From: Asterias rubens
Taxonomy: Eukaryota
Direction: 5' to 3'
DNA length: 64,000 bases
Assembly (NCBI RefSeq): GCF_902459465.1
Contig: NC_047076.1
Coordinates: 7,750,001-7,814,000, forward strand
Position numbers and translations under genes: made by a program. Of this stretch, positions 48,600 through 61,200 are shown piece after piece. How positions within the stretch are numbered: the stretch's first letter is position 1; each line of letters opens with the position of its first letter. The notes below the pieces were generated by a model. That model was not told the DNA's origin and searched no databases. It was given only the letters and a program-made list of their open reading frames with translations.

Positions 48600-51522
48600 C
48601 TTGATCAGGGTTGGGGTGATGATGTTGAAGCGGTAGGCAGGTGTGGTGATGATGCGATAGTCCGGTTATTGTCCAGCTTGATTGTGAAGGGGTGAGTCTC
48701 GCTGCAAAGAAAATTTACACCAAAATAAGTAAACACAACTCTGCAAAGTCAAAAATACTTGTGATTTGTTTAAATGCTTGTTTCGTCGTCTCTCGAGCCG
48801 CAAGTTCTCTATTAAATTTTCATCCCAATTTCTGCTTACATTTTTGTGAACACTGAACAGACGAGAGAGGTTTCAAACAAAGCGGCAGACTACAAGTACG
48901 GGCCCCTTTCTCTAACAACAATGATAACGAAAGGTAACCCGGTTCAACATGAAATGACAGTCTCCCAGTCCGAGCCCCTTTCTCTTAATCACAGCTGGCC
49001 GTATCTGATGAAAAAGGCGCCTTGGAGTCATTGAATCTCTACAGTTAAGAGTCACCCATAATTCACTGTTGAATCATCCCTAATTGTACATGCAGCGCTA
49101 AAATGTATTAAAGATGGACAACACTTTGGAAAAACATTTTGTTTTCAGAAGTGTTTTCTTTGAGGATATTAATAAATTAAACCTGAACAATTTTATCATA
49201 AATGCCAAATTTTAAGAACAATTTGTTTATGGTGTGATAATTTGTGATATTCCATCAAATTCTGCACTTTTAATGATTAACATTATGATATTACATGCAC
49301 AAAATACCTTTCCACGTAAAAAATGTTTCTAAGGATACAATTGTTGAATCAACAAAGAAAATGGTTTAATCGGGAATATTGTGCAACTAGGAATATTTAC
49401 CAAAACAATCTCAAGGGTTACCGACACTATCGATCAGAGACAGAATTGCAGTAAATTAACGCAACTTTCATCAACACTTTTTGTGGTACAGTTATTTCCT
49501 GGGATCCTTCCTCACTCTAACCAAATCCAATGTAACTCAAACTCAAACTGTTCAAGTCTGTTTGGCATGCCCTAATCCAATGCAAAGCATACATAGCGTG
49601 GATACTGTAACAGTTCTTAGTCTTACAGAATCAAACAAAGCAAGCAGTAGAAATTTGAATGGTTTGGGGAAGTTAGAATTTAAATGTCAACCTTTCTTAC
49701 GGTGATACAGCTTTGCACCAGGCCACATTAAATATTTTTTTTGCATTTTATACCATAAGTCCTGTTGATTGGTAAGCAGTTTGCAACAGCAAATAGTCTC
49801 AATTAATATGTTGTTACATGTTCATTAGTACTTGTTTTACTCTTATGGATGTCATAATACTAAAAAATTAAAGGGTCACAACTATATCTTGTTCCCCATT
49901 TCTACTGCCAAGCGTTTTAATTATCCTTCCGCTAAATATATCAGTAAAATCATATTTATAATGATTGCATTCCAATTGGTCAGTACAAAACAGACAAACG
50001 CTGCACAACATGGGCTGATAACTTTGACAGTCAAGTTCATCCTGATCATTTGGGAAGTAACAAATGGTGTAATTTCCTCCACACTTCCGGCAAACGTCAA
50101 GTCGCCGAAACTTTGTCATCATCACAACCAGGTGTAGTGTCTACCTTGGCTATTGCACATGGGTATGAAGCTGTCATAGCCTGACAATCTACGCAGGCTC
50201 TGCGTCATTAACGTTGAAACACTGCCGCAGTCAGTTCAACATTTCATGGGGATTCTTCGGAAATCTCTTGCACATTTTTCGCAGAAGGGGGGGGGGGAAG
50301 GTGGGGGGAATCACATGGCTTGCTATTCAGTGTCACCAGCATAGTAATAAAATTAAGCTTGAAGCTTGCCACTTGTGGGGGGAGGGTTAACATCCCTCTA
50401 TAAGAATCAATCAAGATTTTTAACAGGTCTAATTCCAAGGGGCCCTGTGTGAGGTGTTGTTTATGGCACACTGAAACTTCATAAGAGTGCTACAATGATA
50501 GTCAGCTATTTGATGGAACCTAAGTCTTCTATGTATTGTGGAACTTTATGGTCATGATCAAAGGTCTAGGATGGGTCGGTTAGCATGCTTTATGAGTACA
50601 AACTGCCAGCACAGCCATTTTAATACAGAACTTGAAGGCGATCAGCTGATCAGCTGTATGCTATTTAGTTCAATCCTGGTAGGAAACAAGGAATACCAAA
50701 ATAAAACTTCAGACTTCCTATATGGAACAAATATAGAATGTACGAAAATATGCGTCTCTTTTTAATAGGAGCTGGAGCATTGTACCACACACATTAAAGC
50801 AATTTTCAATCTTTTGCAGGTCTTCATTTATTTTCCAATTTTACTTTTTTACATGAAACTAAAATGCCTGAATTTTCTTTAAGTTAGAGGGGCTTCATAA
50901 AATAACAATTGGCTCGTTCAAAACATGTAAATATAATGTGACACTGTGACAGACTTTATATTTTTATGTGCATGTATAAGCTTTTCGCATCAAAACCAAC
51001 ATTATTTGACAATTTAAGTGATGGTACCAGTACGTTAACTCTCTCTGTCCTTACTCTATGGTTTACTGTACCGTGAGAAAGACCCTTGTCAAAGTACATT
51101 TCTATTAGTTTTGCCTTCTTCTCATTTGGCCATGTCCAAGAGGCGATTTACAGAAAACCAGTTCAAGGCAATTAACTGTTCTCTAAGATAGGGACACTGT
51201 TGGAACATGGTTGGAGAAAATACTCAGACCTTTACTCTATGCTCAGACTGGGCTACCAAAATGTTCATTTTTAATAATGCACTGCAGTTGGTTACGTACA
51301 AATTGCCTCCAACATTGAGGTATGACAAGGCCCTAAGAATAAGACTTTAGGCTAAGACATTTCAGCTTTATGGCGACATTTAAAACCTTTGTGTGAACCA
51401 AGTGTAAGCATTATAAATACTGAAACAACTTTTGTCTTTCTAACATTCAAGCTTTCCTGTATTCATTTAGTATTCATTTAAATATGAACTCCATTGACCT
51501 TGACAGTTGACACCAATGCATC

Positions 51523-51844
51523 AGGCCAAATTTTTAAAAATACCCGTTGATCGTCCCCGCCCGCATCCTTTTTCGGGGCTGCATACTTTTTTTTTTTTTT
51601 TTTTTTTTTTTAGATTTTTCATCTACCAGCAAATCTTTTTAGTGTAATAATTCGACCCTGTTCCTCTCGCAACAAATAATATCAAGTAAGTTTGAGATGG
51701 GTTCAAACTGAAGTATTGGTGGCCTGTTTGATTTGAAATACTAAGCAGCCATCTTGAAAAAAAAAAAAAGGAGAAAAAAAAGGCCCTCATCCTCCTCTCT
51801 TTAGAAAAATCCGGACGATCAACTTGTATTTTTTATTTTTGCCT
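51523..51844. mobile_element. Unclassified TIR element with internal T tract
   Basis: AGGCCAAATTTTTAAAAATACCCGTTGATCGTCC ... GGACGATCAACTTGTATTTTTTATTTTTGCCT. Confidence 0.55.
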
Positions 51845-53178
51845 AATGGGCTATGGACTAGGACCATAGAGCTAGGACCTAGGATACAACATTTAAATTC
51901 TGTGATGTTCCATGAGACTGAACCCAATGTGAATAGTTTAATTTCACAATTATCTTCATAGTTTTACGCTTTCCTGTGTACATTTAAACTTCATTCCAAG
52001 ATTATCTTTATTGACCTTGACCTTAATGCATACTAATCATGGTGACAGAGACCACCCATAATGTAGAAACCCTTTCGATCACTCTCTGGCCCAATAAGCA
52101 GTTCCTTCCTTTCTATAAGCCTTTCACAGTTCACACGAGAGCAAAACTTAAAGGACGTGCATTACTGTCTACATTTTCCCTATGCTTACAAAATACCACA
52201 TGATGGACTTCTGGTCCACTAAGGAAACGGGTGTAACTGTTAATCGTTGTCTTACATTTATATAATTAATACCATCTGAGGTCTAGACAAATATGTATGG
52301 TAGATATCTTTAAATTATGGGGGTGAAACTGTGTGAGAAAAGCATTCCTAAATAAAAGCAATTTCAAGCTACTTAAAACAATCAGTCTGGATCCCATGTT
52401 ACTTTTCTTAGAAAAGACTTTTCTTAAAGACAACTTTTTCTTTCTTTTCTAAATTATCCAGGACCAAATTGTGGAGGGGGGGGGTTTGACCCCAACCCAA
52501 TTTTAGACTGCAACAAATTACAATTCTGGGTGTTGGAAAACAGACTTGTACATTTTGCAGTGACTTTTTATTTGGGGGGGGGGGGCCTTGGAAATGTTAC
52601 TGTTACAATGTTAGTCTGGCTCTGTGTCGACATTTATTACTTTGTGAATCATATTCATGAGATGGGAAGCAGACCATTTATGAGTTCCAGACCCTATTTA
52701 AATCCTTGGTCGAAAAATCACTGTTTTATACGCCTACTTCATGAAATGTTGGCTACTGTACTAGTGCACCAATCAAAGAATACACTGTACAATGTGCTGT
52801 CTTAACCAGTGTTTGCTTAAAAACATTGCCCAATGAACTGAGCCTGTGGCATACAGAATAGTAAAAACATTTCAAACTTCACCTCTTGTATCAACATTTC
52901 AGATAAATAAATGCATCGGCATTATTATATACACAGAAACACATGTGTTAAAACCGCCTGACAGTTTATTAATATTATTATGACAGTTTATTATTAAGTT
53001 AGCAATAAAAGTACTGTCGCCCCAAACATACCAAACCAGAGCAAGGCCCAAATTAAAGGGGGGTAAACAATAAATATCAACAAACTACAACATGGAGTCA
53101 ATGCACTTTGTGCTGCGTGCAATGACGACGGCTCGCTAGTAGTATACACAAACAACTGACATGGCGATATTTTCTTAC

Positions 53179-53400
53179 CGATTAGTCCAAAGAAGTGTCT
53201 CGTTTCTGCATGAATTTTCAGCCGCAGTTTACTCCAAAATGTTCCTGAAACGCACTAATGCAAGGACGAATACATATGAATGCAAAATCCTGGGATGACA
53301 AGCTTTTCTTTGATCAATAATTTGGTAAATCGTAAAATTGTTTGTGGTAGTCGACTTCCTTACACAGATTGGCGGGGACTCCTGGCTGCTAGCTAATGTC
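53179..53400 (-). promoter_or_regulatory. Candidate promoter and non-coding first exon of the minus-strand gene
   Basis: Donor TCG|GTAAGA at 53179/53178; overlapping GC box and CCAAT (minus CCCCGCCAATC, 53367-53377); further GGGGCGTGGC at ~53636; CpG-enriched. Confidence 0.45.
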
Positions 53401-55110
53401 AAAAACGCATGTGGGCACGTCAAATGACAACATTGTAAATATCTGGCCAAGTGAGGGCGCTGTTATAACTTTTAAATTCCTAAAGTTTTGAAACGCATCA
53501 AAAAAGTAAAGGGTTACAGCCGCCTGCCTGTGACGTTTAAAGTTTTGACTAAAAAGTAAACCAAAATTTAATGTTTCTGATCACAAATCTGATGGCGTAA
53601 TTGTTTCAAATAGATATGGAGGGGAAGTAATTAGTGGGGCGTGGCTTCATTTCCTCCAACGTCTTTAGGGGGAGGGAGAAAACTCAGACACTAACTTGAG
53701 AACGGTTAATTGTTATCTTGAATGTTGATAACCCATTTCCGCCCGAGGTGTGAACATGACTTTTCAATAGATAACGAACGCGTCAAATTATAGGATAACA
53801 TAAAAGACCACCCATGCCGATCTGATGAAGTTTACTTTTACTTTTGGCAGAGAGATAGTTGTGACGTCACCATACCCTGCTCTCATGCTGGTCTTGGTAT
53901 CAAGACCTTCGTTCTTTTTTTTTTTACACCTGTAAACAGACGGCGCTATGAATAAATGCAATCAATCAATCATTCAATATATGTTTCACTGCCTTCTAAA
54001 CAATCGAACTGTCTTTGTATGCCTAAACAAGATGATAAAATAATAGCACAACATGACAAACAAACAGTTTCAGCCAAAAACTTGACGATTTGTTTTCTCC
54101 AAAGTTGTTTATTGTTTTGGTGACTTTAAAGAGTGAAGCTCACGGCGGGGTGGACCATGTATTTTTAAGACCCCCCCCCCCCCCAATACACACACAAGTG
54201 TTAGCTTTTTGGTTTTCCTCATGCAAAATCCACGTGACAGTTTCGGCCGGTGTTTGATTCTGAGTTTGAATTTTATTAGTCGGCAAATCACACTGTTTTG
54301 TATAGTTTACAACAACGAAATTTCAGTTTTCAAGCATGCGGGGTGGACTCGCAAGATCAAGTGGCTTACTGATGTGGCTTCTCAAAAACTGTACTGCCGT
54401 GTAATACGGCATTCCAATCAGGGTTTTCGACCATGGGTCTTCTTTACAATGGAAGATAATGGGTAGTTAATCATGAAAGCCTACTGAAAACGTAGACGCA
54501 CTGATAATTATAATGATATCCAGAAAACATAGTGATAATCCCTGTGTGTCGCAAGTTTTAATATTTGATATTTATACAAAGTGTGCTCCTTAGTCACTTC
54601 GCTCGATGTTGTCCCATGGAGCAATAAGGCCTGCAAACAAAACCCATTTCTACATGACTACAGGAGTAAGAAAAGCAAGACATCAAATCAATTTATACTG
54701 GAGGCGAAAGACACCCAATAAACTAAAGCCTTTTGGCATAATATCGTTAATAACGACGTTAAGAGCATCGCGAACATCGCGATATCGAAAGTATCATTAA
54801 TTTGGTAGTATTTTATTGCAACCCGTTTGTTTCAATCTTTTAGTTGTAAAGTTGCGGTGACCGTAACCTTCCGCGACGGTCCTGATGTCGATCCTCGCCT
54901 GCATACCCTATGAAACTAACATGTTAACATTTCAAAAGTGATGGTAGTGTTTTTTTTTTTGTTTTTTTTTAATAATCCGTTATTGCCGAAAACTAAGAGG
55001 TCACCCACTGTGGTTCTAATTTTGGGGTTAAGCATTTAATCTTTTCCCGTAACCGCAGAAGTTTGAAGTGAAAAGTTTCTCGAAGTTTTATTTCCAGTAA
55101 TGTTCAGTCA

Positions 55111-55600
55111 TAATAATAATAATAATAATAATAAGACATTTGTAAAGCGCCTAATGCAAAAGCCTCTAAGCGCATTAAAGAAACAATAAAATAATAATTA
55201 GAGAAAGATACAAGATACAAATAGGCAAATTACAAAAAAAGAAGCTTTAAACAAATGAGTTTTCAACAAGGACTTAAAACATTGTAAAGTATTAGCTTGG
55301 CGAATATGCACAGGAAGACTATTCCAAAGAAACGGTGCGGCGTAAGAAAAAGATCTGTGGCCATAAAAAAATGGAAGAAGCTCTAATAGCAGAAAGCAAT
55401 GACTGTTGAGATGATCGTAAAGTCCGAGTAGGGGAATAATGATGAACAAGTTCAGATAAATAAGCAGGAGATTGACATGTTTGAGCCTTGAAAGTTAACA
55501 GAAGAATTTTGTAAACTGTTCGAAACTTAACTGGGAGCCAATGCAATTGCATTAGTACAGGTGTAATAATGGTGAGAACGAGGCAGACAAGAAACGACGT
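55111..55600 (-). mobile_element. 5'-truncated L2/CR1-group LINE, ORF2 C-terminus plus 3' end
   Basis: ITPVLMQLHWLPVKFRTVYKILLLTFKA...PAYLSELVHHYSPTRTLRS then, after a frameshift, GHRSFSYAAPFLWNSLP...FKSLLKTHLF; followed by GGCGCTTTACAAATG and an (ATT)n tail. Confidence 0.88.
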
Positions 55601-55845
55601 AGGCCTAATAAAGATACATTCACATATCCATACCACATGAATCACACATGAATCCTCAGAAGTAAAACAAAACAATATTTTGCGTGATGATGATGTGTAA
55701 GTTATGGGTAACCTGCATAGAGCTTTTATACAGCCTGCAATCAATCACGACGAGCGCAACAGCCGCACCATAAAAATGAAATACCGCCCTCTTGTTGTGC
55801 AACTTGTAAAGCACCGGACAAAATAACAACCAAAACTTGCATAAG

Positions 55846-56001
55846 GACCCCAATGGAAATAAGTCTAAGTTATTGGCTTTTTTGGGCTATCCTTGGATAA
55901 TTTTCTGCAGTATTTCTATCTTGTTTTTTTTGTCTTTTCTCCTGTTGTTAAGTACATGTTTGTATTTTGAGTATGTTCTTGCAGTATTTTTATCCGAATA
56001 A

Positions 56002-56033
<32 letters not shown>
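55846..56033 (+). mobile_element. Probable retroposon 3' end with (TCAA)n tail
   Basis: T-rich 3' UTR-like segment, AATAAA, then about seven TCAA units. Confidence 0.4.
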
Positions 56034-56035
<2 letters not shown>

Positions 56036-56844
56036 GAGGTGAGGGAATTAACACCGCGTTAATGACACAGACACGCGGTAGACAAATAACGTCATTTCAT
56101 TTCGACGTAAAGCTGTTTTCATTATTATAAGAAAACCGTGCACTACCATGAATATCTTAATTTTGTTTAAACTGTAAACATTGCTTTTCGAAACCTATAC
56201 ATGTTTCAACCACATTCCTTACACATGACATGTTCCCATTATTTATTTACCAACCACAATTTTCTGAGAATTGCCGTCATCTGCCCATCTTTATTTGCAA
56301 CGTAGTTCTTGAAAATAATTCTCTTTAAGTCCATCGCCAGTCCATAAATTATGAAAATATCCAATTATGATGTGTGTGAAGAGCTTTTGAGGTGACAAAA
56401 ACACAGTGTGCCGGAAGCAAATTGGTCACCCAGGTAAAGTTCCTGCTATTTTGTGCAAGGTGTCATGCTTTGATCGCCGTTCCATTTCAACCGCACAAAA
56501 AAACACCCCTGTGTTTCATGTCCAATCGTCCAAGAATGCCATCTCCTATGTGGTAAATGGATGCTAGCATTTTTCACACAGTGACAACAATTCTCAAGGC
56601 TGGTGCCTACCCATGTTCAAAAGCACCTCAACCCACACACCGTATACCGCACACGTAATAACGCTACCATCAAATCAATACCGGCAGTGTCTGGGCTAGA
56701 CGCATTGTCAAAATTCCGGTCAGCGACTGAATTCGTCTGCGATTTTGTTCTCATTTTGAAGGAGTGTAGACGATTATGCTTCGATGATCTGATAGTTGGA
56801 AATATACATCAGGACATATATCAGTACTAAAACTTTGTTACAAG

Positions 56845-56923
56845 ATGAAGGTCCGACGCATCTGCATTTTATGTGTGGTTTTGTTGACAGCTACGTGTTT
56901 GGGGCAGGACAAACTTGCGCCAG
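56845..56923 (+). CDS. First coding exon of a secreted or membrane protein (signal peptide MKVRRICILCVVLLTATCLG-QDKLAP)
   Basis: ATG context ACAAGATG; basic n-region, hydrophobic h-region, small residues at -3/-1 (C, G); consensus phase-1 donor CAG|GTAAGA. Confidence 0.72.
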
Positions 56924-56975
56924 GTAAGAAGAACGGTGTGGCACCCACACTTTATTGGGAGTTGAGTGCCTACTG

Positions 56976-57288
56976 TGTTTTTGTGTAGAAAGTTGTATTG
57001 ACCAGTTGCAGTATGTCTCGATGAGGGTATTTATTTATTGATAAATGATGTATCATGTATGTCATAATCACTATACAACTCACGCATGATGGGATCCAAA
57101 GTATGCCAAAATTGAATTTGAGTTTAAATTAATTTTGAGTTCTTTGTGTGTTTTTGTGTAGAAAGTTGTATTGACCTGTTGCAGTATGGCTCGATGGGGG
57201 TATTTATTTATTGATAAATGATAGATCATATGTCATATGATGTGTATGTCACAAACTAACGTATGATTGGATCGAAAGTATGCTAAAA
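56976..57288. repeat. Tandem duplication, period ~172 bp
   Basis: GTGTTTTTGTGTAGAAAGTTGTATTGACC...AAAGTATGC occurs at 56976 and 57148. Confidence 0.85.
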
Positions 57289-57501
57289 AAGCTACGGGAC
57301 TAATCCGACTATGTGGTTAAAAAAACTTGAAGTTAGTTACCGTTTTTATTTAAAAAAAAATTAATTTTAGAAAGGTGTAGGTAGGCTCACATATATCATA
57401 CCTTATACAATACATTTGCTTTGTATTGAAATGCCTGCCTCCAAACGAAATTGTGTATTTTTTATTCCATATCAGACTTGATATTATTAGACCCAGTATT
57501 A

Positions 57502-57640
57502 AGCCCGGTTCATAATTCCTGAACCTGCGATTGGAATGCGATACGAATTTTGACGTCACAAATTCGCACCGAATATCGCAGTGAAAGAGGAGTTGTGACG
57601 TCAAATTCGCATCGCATTCGCAGGAAGTATGAATTGGGCT
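57502..57640. mobile_element. 139-bp Harbinger/Tourist-type MITE
   Basis: TTA|AGCCCGGTTCATAATTCCTG ... CAGGAAGTATGAATTGGGCT|TTA; internal TGACGTCA palindromes. Confidence 0.75.
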
Positions 57641-57772
57641 TTACTAGGGCGCTGTACTCCTTTTTTCAAAATGTGTCATAATTTATTCTCCAGAGACCAC
57701 GTTGTGCCAGCCAGTCTAGATCTACCCAAACATTTTCATTGTTTTTATCCTTACATCGTGATCGATGTGTGT

Positions 57773-58181
57773 TAATAATAATAATAATAATATCGAAGTC
57801 TTATATAGCGCACGTATCTACCAAACAAGGTACTCAAGGCGCTGAGTAAATTTTCAGAAAGATAGGTTATTGCAGTGATGAATTCTGAAACCAAATTATT
57901 TAGCACCTTTTAAGGGTCTACAAGGTGCTCAGCGCATACAGCAGCCACAGCCAGGAACACCGGAGCGAATCCCTGCTCTTTTCGATAAGTGCACTGGGTT
58001 CTTTTACATGCGTTACACAACACATGGGACCAACAGCTTTACGTCCCATCCAAAGGACGAAGCAATGGTTAAGTGTCTTGCTCAAGGACACAGTGTCACG
58101 GCTGGGGATTCGAACCCACACTCTGCTGATCAGAAACACCAGAGTTTGAATTCGGTGCTCTTAACCGCTCGGCCACGCCAC
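57773..58181 (-). mobile_element. Full-length tRNA-derived SINE with L2-type (ATT)n tail
   Basis: A box TGGCCGAGCGG, B box GGTTCGAATCC, core GTGTCCTTGAGCAAGACACTTAAC...GGATGGGACGTAAAGC, tail GCGCTATATAAG..(ATT)n resembling the LINE end at 55111. Confidence 0.88.
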
Positions 58182-58184
58182 TTC

Positions 58185-58280
58185 CACAGTGTTAGCACTG
58201 TATACTCAGTACTTTCACAGGGTTTTGGAAAACAAAATCAGAGACATATTACACAGGTGGGATTCAAACCCACGACCTTT
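58185..58280 (-). mobile_element. tRNA-derived SINE family 2 fragment
   Basis: Minus GGTCGTGGGTTTGAATCCCACC...GAAAGTACTGAGTATACAGTGCTAAC, homologous to 775-885. Confidence 0.5.
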
Positions 58281-61200
58281 GACACTGTCATTGTTACTTA
58301 TCACAAGATCATTTACAATTTAAGATTTTATTTCCCTTTTCAAAAAACACTAGGAGCTCAAGGGATGGAGAACCCATATTGTTCATGAAGAGAAACAAAA
58401 AGTGCTTATTGGATTCAGTATCTTAATCTCAAGGAAACTGTTCCTTTGCAGGTTTATTCTTGTCATATCATGTTGTACAGTCCTTGGGAGGAAATGTACA
58501 AGGCAATAATTATTATAGTGTTTTTATTATTAATAAATTAAATAATAAACCACAAGGGAAACTGACTGGGTTTACATATGTTTTGAGATTGAACAAAGAA
58601 AAGATGACAAGAGCAGAATTTGAACCATAATAATAAATTAGCAATGAATTTTGATATTTTTATCAGCTTTGTCTTGAAACTCAATGTGGCTTGATTTTGT
58701 TTGAGAACTGCCTGATGATGCATGCATGCTGTTTCTTTAATTAAATCACTTTCTATTCAGCTGATCAAATTTGACACCACAGAAACCAAACTGCAGCGGT
58801 AGTGTACGCTCACTTGAGCAGGTTTAAAGTAATAACGGAAAATCACACCAGATGGCCCGACCCAGTATTGCGTCTTGTGAACTGAGAAAATAGAGAGTCC
58901 TGGTAACCCAAGGCCAGGAGAGTCCTTTTTCACACTGCATATTCACTGGCCCCCTGTAGTCCTACCCTGCCTAGGACCTCCCTTGAACTTACAGTTTCAG
59001 GGTTTGATTAATAACAGTGGTATGTTATTTTCTTATCCACATGATCAAGTGTCGAGTTACAGAGTTCTTGGGAAAATAACTTGTGTTTTTCATGAGTGTT
59101 CTTTTGGGATTAGGAAATACCATACAGATGCGATGGCACTGCTCACCGCAATGAGTAGACAAACCGAAATGCAGATTTGTTGCCAATTGTCTGCTGGCTA
59201 CATGTAGGGCTCAATTTTACATGCTTTGCTTAGCAATTAAGATTGATAGACGATCAATCTTAGCTCTTTGTGAAATTGGACGCAGTTCATTCATGTCTAA
59301 TTTATGAGATGACCTAATCCGAAAACATAAATCTGCAATTGAAAGTGATACTGGTGTTTCAACCATCACAAATTTCCTACCAAGTGCATGTTGTTTTTTT
59401 TAAAGCAGCACTAGTTTGAAACATTATTTTTCTGTTTTCCTAATACACTGTAAGATATTTTGTTGATGTTATTCAAAAAGTTATTTTACCACACAAACAG
59501 TAAAACTGCCCAATGTGAGTAAAACAATAGGCCTACTGTTTTAAATGAAACTAAATGGTAGTTTATATGAAATATTTTTGCACGCAATTTACCTGCATCA
59601 GATAGCTTGTTTACCTTGAAAATCAACTCACTGCTAACAAATATTTACACCAAATTGCATTCACCTTCATTACAAAAGGTAATCATACAGGGATGTGGGC
59701 GCAACATCCATTGTACGTGTAAATAATCTAACAGTAATACAGTTCGAATCACCTTGCATTCCGACCTCAGAATGTCTGTCTCAAAAGGCTAAACATCATT
59801 CAATAGGGCTTCAGTAGTAAAACGAAGTGTAAACAAAACTATTCACCAGCTTAGGAAGATTCTGTATTTACTGCCTTATAAAACACATTGTATTTGTACA
59901 GTGCCCCCCAACATGGTGTATTCCTAAGAGCAACAGTCAAGGTCATAGTTACACTGGGTTCAGAGCATGTTTATTTGACCTTAACATGAACTCAGTGTCT
60001 GTTCATTAACAGGACTTGAACAGTTTTTTGTTTGTTTACAGTGGTGTTTCTTGCAGACCACTCGGTCAAAGAACCAACCTGAGAAAACGTCATTGAATAG
60101 ACTGCATATATTTGAACATTTTTGGGACCACTTTTGGTCCCATCATGGAGGTCCTACGTACATTGCTTTAATGCATGAAGGAACAAACTCAGAATGCACT
60201 TAAACAGGTCCCTACATGTATGTTCGAATACGCAAGGTTTGATTTAAATACAAACAATGGAGGAATAAATGTATTCCTCCATGTACCACCGATCATCTAG
60301 ATGGTCATTTGAAAATTTGTTGAAACACAATAGGATTGTGCGTTGTTGTACTAAGTATGCTAACTTTGATTGCTGAGATTATTATGTTTAATTAAAATTG
60401 AACAGACATTTTTTGTCATTTAATTGATTTCTTTACTTTATTTGTAAAATTAGATCTATGTTTCTGAGATGTGGAAAGTTTATGAATGTACTTTTTCATA
60501 ACATGGGAAATTGGAACCCTGTTTTCTAACCCCCCCTCCCCCAATAATAATAATAAAAACAAACAAAAAACAAATAAATAAATGTTAATGATGTACTGTT
60601 CATTATAGTCTAGATAGTATACACATTACTGTACATGAAAGAGATGCATTAAAACCTACAAATGAACTATAATGTCAACTGGCACATTACAAGTGTACAC
60701 ATTTATTGCCTCACAGCACAAACTGTATTTAGTACACGTTAAAGAACGTTGAACATTTCTAATAATAAAGACATTAGTGGCTGCCCAAGCATTTATTAGT
60801 AATGCATTATGCCATCCGTGATTCACTGGGTATGCATGCCGGCTATACAGTGCAGGTTTTGTGCACCTCGTACCATATGACCCATTCAACCGCTGATGCG
60901 TGTAATACCGGTAAAATGTCCCATGCAAGATGAGTAGTTCAGAAAAGCAGCCCAATGCCAATAGAGATGCTGCTGACCAAGATGAGTGTACACATTGCAG
61001 AATGCTTCATCAGTTGCTCTATGGTACCATCCATACACATGTGTACATGATAGGTTTACCTTATATGGTGCCAGTCAGTTGTATAGGATAAGTAGCAATG
61101 AGATTGACCCACAGATTGCAATGAATTATGGACCATCTAATAAATTGGAAACTTATACATTGCAATTAGATTAGTGAGGATGGGTGACTTGTGTGGACGG

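Noticed and set aside
53818-53835. CTGATGA hammerhead-core matches (also ~11955, ~49004)
   Set aside because: No stem II/GAAA context follows.
58110-58181. Apparent tRNA gene (intact A and B boxes)
   Set aside because: It is the head of a SINE, continuing into core and tail; the acceptor stem is not formed.
60656-61174. 101-aa and 62-aa ORFs
   Set aside because: No splice signals or recognisable motifs.
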